Origin: Candidatus Woesearchaeota archaeon
GTDB lineage: Archaea; Nanobdellota; Nanobdellia; Woesearchaeales; DATGWN01
NCBI GenBank assembly: GCA_047639395.1
Contig: JBLINR010000001.1
Location: 1-48,338 of the forward strand
Reading direction: 5' to 3'
DNA: 48,338 bases
In this document: positions 44,313 to 48,338 of the stretch, piece after piece
Position numbering within the stretch: the first letter of the stretch is position 1
Layout of the letters: each line of letters begins with the position of its first letter
Notes under the pieces: generated by a model
The model's input: only the letters and a program-made list of their open reading frames with translations
Told to the model about the DNA's origin: nothing
The model's database searches: none
Position numbers and translations under genes: made by a program

Positions 44313-45098
44313 CTAGAAGTCAGTAAGTGATACTTGTCTAACTTGTTTTGGCATAACATTCCATTCTGGACAAAGTGACTTATACGAACACCAGTTACAT
44401 AATTGAGTTTTAGTAGAAGGATAATGCGTGGTATCTTCAATTGTTGCAATAATACGAACAGTGTCGTCTTCAAGTGTAGTAAGCTCATCATCACTTCGAG
44501 TTGAAACCATTTGTGTATTGTGCGCTAAAAAATCCCAAACCAGTTTCACATCAGTACATTCAGGGTATCGTTTCTTGACCCAAATTGAATACAAAGCTAA
44601 CTGTCGATCTTTATCAACTTCATCTTGTGTTTTGAGTGCATTATTTGTTTTATAATCACACACATAATATGTTGTGTCTTTCTTTGCAAGTTTGTCAATA
44701 CGCACATAATATTTATTTCCGTCTTTTAATTCAAGTCGATCGTTTGTTTCTAATCCTAAGATTTCAAGCTGATCAAATGGATGATAAGATTCATAGTATT
44801 GTGTGAGGAATAGTCTGCCTTTGATTACGTATTCTTCTTTTGTGCCTCTATTAATAACGATGTCATCAGTCCACTGCTTCCATAAGAACACATATTTTTC
44901 AATTAAAGCTTCTTTTGTTGGGATACCTATATGAGCAATCTGTTCAAAAAGCCAGTGTAATGCCTGGTGCACAATATCACCTAAGAATAGTTCAACTGTA
45001 GAAGGAAGATCAACGCGAATTCTATCAACGTATTGAAATTTGTATTTGAGTTTACATTGTTTGAATGTTTCAATTCTTGAATGTGAATAAACTGCCAT
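44313..45098 (-). CDS. Cas4-like PD-(D/E)XK nuclease with a four-Cys cluster (stand-alone)
   Basis: N-terminal FKQCKLKY Cys, VCDYKT (D-x-K), RQLALY (QxxxY), C-terminal CNWCSYKSLC (CxxCx5C). Confidence 0.75.
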   Translation of the reverse strand: MAVYSHSRIETFKQCKLKYKFQYVDRIRVDLPSTVELFLGDIVHQALHWLFEQIAHIGIPTKEALIEKYVFLWKQWTDDIVINRGTKEEYVIKGRLFLTQYYESYHPFDQLEILGLETNDRLELKDGNKYYVRIDKLAKKDTTYYVCDYKTNNALKTQDEVDKDRQLALYSIWVKKRYPECTDVKLVWDFLAHNTQMVSTRSDDELTTLEDDTVRIIATIEDTTHYPSTKTQLCNWCSYKSLCPEWNVMPKQVRQVSLTDF

Positions 45099-45129
45099 TT
45101 TTTGTTTTTAATAAAATAAAAAAAGAAAA

Positions 45130-46572
45130 TTACTTTTTATCGTAATTTTTTAAACAATTTTTAACTTGATTTACTTCTAGGAAGTTTGTTGATCCTGATT
45201 CGTGTTCTGGAGTTCGTCCAAGAATAACAACAGTATCATCTAATTCTAGTTTTTTATCATCAACAAGTGCTTGTAGACTTTTACAGACAAGTTCTTCGAC
45301 ATGTTTGACTTCTTCAATCATAGATGCTCGAACATTGTACGCTAGTCCTAATTCTCGCATAACTCCTGAGTCTGTACATTGCGCATAGATTGGTATCTTT
45401 GGTCGAAATGTTCCTAACATTCTTGCAGTAATACCTGTTACAGATGGAACAATAATTGCTTTTGCTCCTAATTCTTGAGATGCTGAAATAGCTGCTTTAA
45501 CTAATACTCCTCGTGAATCACTTGCTTTAGTTTCCATTGCGTGATATTTAAATTCAGGTTTCTTTTCTTCGATTGTTTGTGCAATTGAAGCCATTGTTGC
45601 AACAGATTCTTCTGGGAAGTCTCCGCTTGCAGTTTCTCCTGATAACATCAGACACCCAGTACCATCAAGTACTGCATTTGCCACATCACTTACTTCCGCT
45701 CGTGTTGGCCGAGGGTTGTTACACATACTTTCAAGCATTTGTGTTGCTGTGATAACCATTTTATTCTTTCGAATACACTTTTTGATCATCATTTTTTGAA
45801 TAGTAGGAACTTCAGCTGCCGGTATTTCAACACCTAAGTCACCACGTGCAATCATAACTCCGTCACAATGTTCAAGAATTTCATCTAGATTATCAACACC
45901 CATTTGACTTTCAATTTTTGAGATTAATTTAATAGGGCTTTTATGTTCATCTAGAATTTTTTGAATTTGTTGTAGATCACTTGCATGTTGAACAAATGAA
46001 TGTGCAATAAAGTCGATTTTCTCATCAATTGCAAGTTTAATGAATTCTTTATCTTTTTCTGTAAGAACAATTAAGTTTAAGTCAACATTTGGAATGTTTA
46101 CACTTTTTTTGTTTTTGATTGTTCCTTCATTATCAACAACTGCAATTAATGAGTCTTCTGTAATTTTTTTAACAGTAAATTGAATATATCCGTCATCTAC
46201 AAGAATATTTGCTCCAACTGGAACTTCTTTTGCAATATTTGGGAAATTCACATAGATTGTTTTTTCATCACTTGTTACGTTTGTATCGTCTGTTCCTTTA
46301 AATGCAACTTCTGCACCTGTCGGATAAGTAACTTCTTTTTCATATCCAAGTGTTCGTACTTCTGGACCTTTTGTGTCCATAAGAATTGGAATTTTATCAC
46401 TAACCGCTCTTGTATTTTGAACAACTTTCAAAATACCTTCGCGGTCTTGGTGTGCAGTGTTCATTCGAACACAATCTAGGCCATTATCGTATAATTTTTG
46501 TAAAAATTCCTTGCTACACCGTCTATCTGAAATGGTTGCAACAATTTTAGTTCGTTTATCTCTTAAGTTCAT
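45130..46572 (-). CDS. pyk: Pyruvate kinase
   Basis: TKIVATISDRR, MDTKGPEVRT, MIARGDLGVEIP, ATQMLESM. Confidence 0.9.
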   Translation of the reverse strand: MNLRDKRTKIVATISDRRCSKEFLQKLYDNGLDCVRMNTAHQDREGILKVVQNTRAVSDKIPILMDTKGPEVRTLGYEKEVTYPTGAEVAFKGTDDTNVTSDEKTIYVNFPNIAKEVPVGANILVDDGYIQFTVKKITEDSLIAVVDNEGTIKNKKSVNIPNVDLNLIVLTEKDKEFIKLAIDEKIDFIAHSFVQHASDLQQIQKILDEHKSPIKLISKIESQMGVDNLDEILEHCDGVMIARGDLGVEIPAAEVPTIQKMMIKKCIRKNKMVITATQMLESMCNNPRPTRAEVSDVANAVLDGTGCLMLSGETASGDFPEESVATMASIAQTIEEKKPEFKYHAMETKASDSRGVLVKAAISASQELGAKAIIVPSVTGITARMLGTFRPKIPIYAQCTDSGVMRELGLAYNVRASMIEEVKHVEELVCKSLQALVDDKKLELDDTVVILGRTPEHESGSTNFLEVNQVKNCLKNYDKK

Positions 46573-46626
46573 GTTTTCACATAAAAGGTGAGTTTAAGTC
46601 GACTTATAAAGCTTCTCGTGGAGAAA

Positions 46627-46812
46627 TCAAGGATTTTGCGGGGTATTTTGAGTTACAGATTGCACAATATTTTGCGTTTCTATGATAATCTGTTGGGCTT
46701 CTTTAAACTGCTCATTTTGTGCAAAGTTCTGTGCCTGTGTAAGCTGCGAATAGAGCCGATTTGTCTCATTTTGATCAGGCATACCAGTTAACTCATTGGT
46801 TACTACTTGCAT
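46627..46812 (-). CDS. Small Gln/Asn-rich protein (doubtful)
   Basis: 61-aa ORF with low-complexity Q/N composition. No motif. Confidence 0.2.
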   Translation of the reverse strand: MQVVTNELTGMPDQNETNRLYSQLTQAQNFAQNEQFKEAQQIIIETQNIVQSVTQNTPQNP

Positions 46813-46844
46813 TTCTTGATTTAATTGATCGATAATTTTTTGTG

Positions 46845-47144
46845 TTAGTGTTTCTTTTTGTTAAGTACTTCTCCTACTATAGGCACAAAACTCTTACCGA
46901 AATTTGCTGCTTCTAGTGCAACAACAACACCTGTTATTTTTCTTTCTTTAAGCATAATAATGACACTTGCAATCCAGTCACCTATATCAAATTCGAAGCC
47001 TCCTCCTACAAATATATCTAAAAATGAAAGAAGCCCGTCTACAAAATAATCCTAGAAGAGACCTGCTAAATATTTCCTTGCTGCAAATGCAACTATAACA
47101 AATACAATCGCTGCTACAATAAGAAGTATAAGCCACGTTTTCAT
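46845..47144 (-). pseudogene. Small membrane protein reading frame interrupted by an in-frame TAG
   Basis: ATG 47144: MKTWLILLIVAAIVFVIVAFAARKYLAGLF-TAG(47052..47054)-DYFVDGLLSFLDIFVGGGFEFDIGDWIASVIIMLKERKITGVVVALEAANFGKSFVPIVGEVLNKKKH-TAA. This is one continuous frame of 100 codons. The + strand ORF 46858..47049 is its antisense shadow. Confidence 0.4.
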
Positions 47145-47185
47145 AAGGTTTATTTTGGTTAACTTTGTTTAAAAACTTGAGCGTT

Positions 47186-47677
47186 TTATTGATATTTTGA
47201 GAATTCTTGTTCTTTTTTTAGTACTGTTGGAATTGTATCATGAATATTGTTCACAATTACAGGGACATGTTTATCAAAAAACGGTAGCTGTTCTAGTGGT
47301 GACATAAAGAGTGTTTGCGGGTATGCGTCATCCAGATCTTGTACGAGAACCTTTTTTCCAGTTGCAAGTTCGTTGTAGAGCACACTTGCTTTGTTATAGT
47401 GTTCTCTGATGTAGCGTTGATGAACAGGCGACATACAAATAATAATACTTGCAGTATCACAGAGTTGTTGAGAAATGTGTTTTGACTTATGTGTAAACTC
47501 TCCTACATACTTTTTGAGTTCATCCATAGTTGTTTTGTTTGGATAATTTTTGTGTTCACTTGTTCCTGCTGAGTCTATTGTTAAGTTAAGATTGTTATCT
47601 TTACAGCATTTTTTTGCAAGTTTTTCTGCAGACATACTTCGAAATACATTTCCTGAGCAGACGAATAGGATGTTCAT
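47186..47677 (-). CDS. Low-molecular-weight protein-tyrosine phosphatase / ArsC-like
   Basis: From ATG 47677: MNILFVCSGNVFRSMSAE (C-x5-R-S P-loop). TATA TTTTTATAAAC lies 22-30 nt upstream, inside the relE 3' end. Confidence 0.8.
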   Translation of the reverse strand: MNILFVCSGNVFRSMSAEKLAKKCCKDNNLNLTIDSAGTSEHKNYPNKTTMDELKKYVGEFTHKSKHISQQLCDTASIIICMSPVHQRYIREHYNKASVLYNELATGKKVLVQDLDDAYPQTLFMSPLEQLPFFDKHVPVIVNNIHDTIPTVLKKEQEFSKYQ

Positions 47678-47684
47678 AGTATAA

Positions 47685-47969
47685 CTATAAAAAATATTGT
47701 TTATAAAAATGATTCTTCTCATAAACTTTATCATGGTGTTCATAATCGATAAAATGTATTACGTTAGATTTATCCCTGAACAAAATAATGAATGATTTAT
47801 TCACATGAACGCGTTTAAACTTTTTCAACTCATATTTTAAATTTTTATAGTGGTTAATATCTTTGCAAAGAAGAATTTCTTTAATTTTCAAATAGACAGT
47901 ATTTCTTTCTTTTCCTTTTAGCCTTGATATCTTTTTTGCAAATAAGGCACTATTTTTGAACTCTCTCAT
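47685..47969 (-). CDS. RelE/ParE-family toxin
   Basis: KRVHVNKSFIILFRDKSNVIHFIDYEHHDKVY aligns with the toxin at 16716..16970. The start overlaps the antitoxin 3' end by 20 nt. Confidence 0.7.
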   Translation of the reverse strand: MREFKNSALFAKKISRLKGKERNTVYLKIKEILLCKDINHYKNLKYELKKFKRVHVNKSFIILFRDKSNVIHFIDYEHHDKVYEKNHFYKQYFL

Positions 47970-48201
47970 GTTTTAATTTTTCTAATTGTTTGAGAGATTC
48001 TTTTTTACTATAATATGTGTTTGCTTCTTTACTCCGCAAGATTTTCGAGTATTCTGGTTTTACATCTAATTCATCAAATATTTTTTCCCTTAAAGCTTCG
48101 CGAATAAGTTCTTGAACACTCATATAGCCTTTAAGATTTGCATACTCTTGGGCGAGCAAGAAAAAATTGTCTTGAAATTTTAAATTAAGTTGAGTTGTCA
48201 T
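47950..48201 (-). CDS. Ribbon-helix-helix-type antitoxin
   Basis: 83 aa with QLNLKFQDNFFLLAQEYANLKGYMSVQELIREALREKIF. Sits upstream of and overlaps relE. Confidence 0.6.
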   Translation of the reverse strand: MTTQLNLKFQDNFFLLAQEYANLKGYMSVQELIREALREKIFDELDVKPEYSKILRSKEANTYYSKKESLKQLEKLKHERVQK

Positions 48202-48225
48202 ATAGCTAAAGATATCTTTAGCTAT
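48202..48225. promoter_or_regulatory. 24-nt perfect palindrome, candidate operator of the RHH-RelE operon
   Basis: ATAGCTAAAGAT|ATCTTTAGCTAT lies between the antitoxin ATG (48201) and the TATA-like TTTATATATTTTA. Confidence 0.5.
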
Positions 48226-48286
48226 TTATATATTTTATTGATTCTTATACAAAAACTATATAGGTGTTGTCTGTGTATGCTCTTTT

Positions 48287-48338
48287 ATGAACAAGGAATT
48301 GCTTTTAAAAAAAGCTCAAGCTGTCTGTGCAAAGGACG
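48287..48338 (+). CDS. Start of an unidentified gene (3'-truncated by the window edge)
   Basis: ATG 48287 (MNKELLLKKAQAVCAKD...) lies ~25 nt after TATA-like AAACTATATAGG. Confidence 0.3.
   Translation, partial: MNKELLLKKAQAVCAKD

Noticed and set aside
46858-47049. 63-aa + strand ORF
   Set aside because: It is antisense to the better-supported minus-strand membrane-protein frame (46845..47144).
27143-47054. Stop-codon reassignment (TAA or TAG read as sense) to explain the in-frame stops
   Set aside because: TAA and TAG terminate well-defined conserved genes throughout the window (for example rps11 at 19690, the antitoxin at 26978 and rpl34e at 14271). Only two accessory genes carry internal stops. 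No pyl genes are seen here.
1-48338. CRISPR arrays, rRNA genes, transposases, integrases or prophage blocks
   Set aside because: No regularly spaced direct repeats, no rRNA-like conserved stretches, and no recombinase or transposase motifs were seen in any listed ORF.

Overview
AT-rich archaeal chromosome segment, densely coded on both strands. The archaeal call rests on the rps13-rps4-rps11-rpoD-rpl18e-rpl13-rps9-rpoN cluster (18.0-21.8 kb), rpl34e-rpl14e, TFE, Hjc resolvase, TrmB and Lrp regulators, diphthine synthase, SRP RNA, tRNA-His and tRNA-Gln. Gene content and the many Lys/Ala/Pro-rich protein tails suggest a small-genome DPANN-like lineage, but that is inference only. Most genes sit 22-30 nt downstream of an AACTTTATAAA-type BRE/TATA element, which implies leaderless transcripts. 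Other content: a surface-glycan block (two GT-C-like membrane proteins, two processive GT2 synthases, one small membrane protein), class Ia RNR (nrdAB), PGI/PMI, pyruvate kinase, a Kef-type antiporter, M20 peptidase, DsbA, LemA, a Fic AMPylase, two NUDIX genes, a PlsB-type acyltransferase and three RHH/RelE toxin-antitoxin modules. No CRISPR array, transposase or integrase was seen. Best hunt results: (1) two diverged, inverted copies of an unclassified structured RNA with compensatory changes, bracketing the SRP RNA / tRNA-His / TA segment (14.8-17.8 kb). (2) Two paralogous unknown proteins with near-identical promoters, convergent on a stand-alone Cas4-like nuclease (42.7-45.1 kb). (3) A bacterial-type PlsB/GPAT acyltransferase in an archaeal context. 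(4) Further structured-RNA candidates at 5.08 kb, 14.28 kb and 17.92 kb. (5) Four point-disrupted genes: two homopolymer frameshifts, one in-frame TAA and one in-frame TAG. (6) A repeated 12-nt motif framing the fic gene. Family calls come from motifs read in the translations and recalled from memory. No database search was run.
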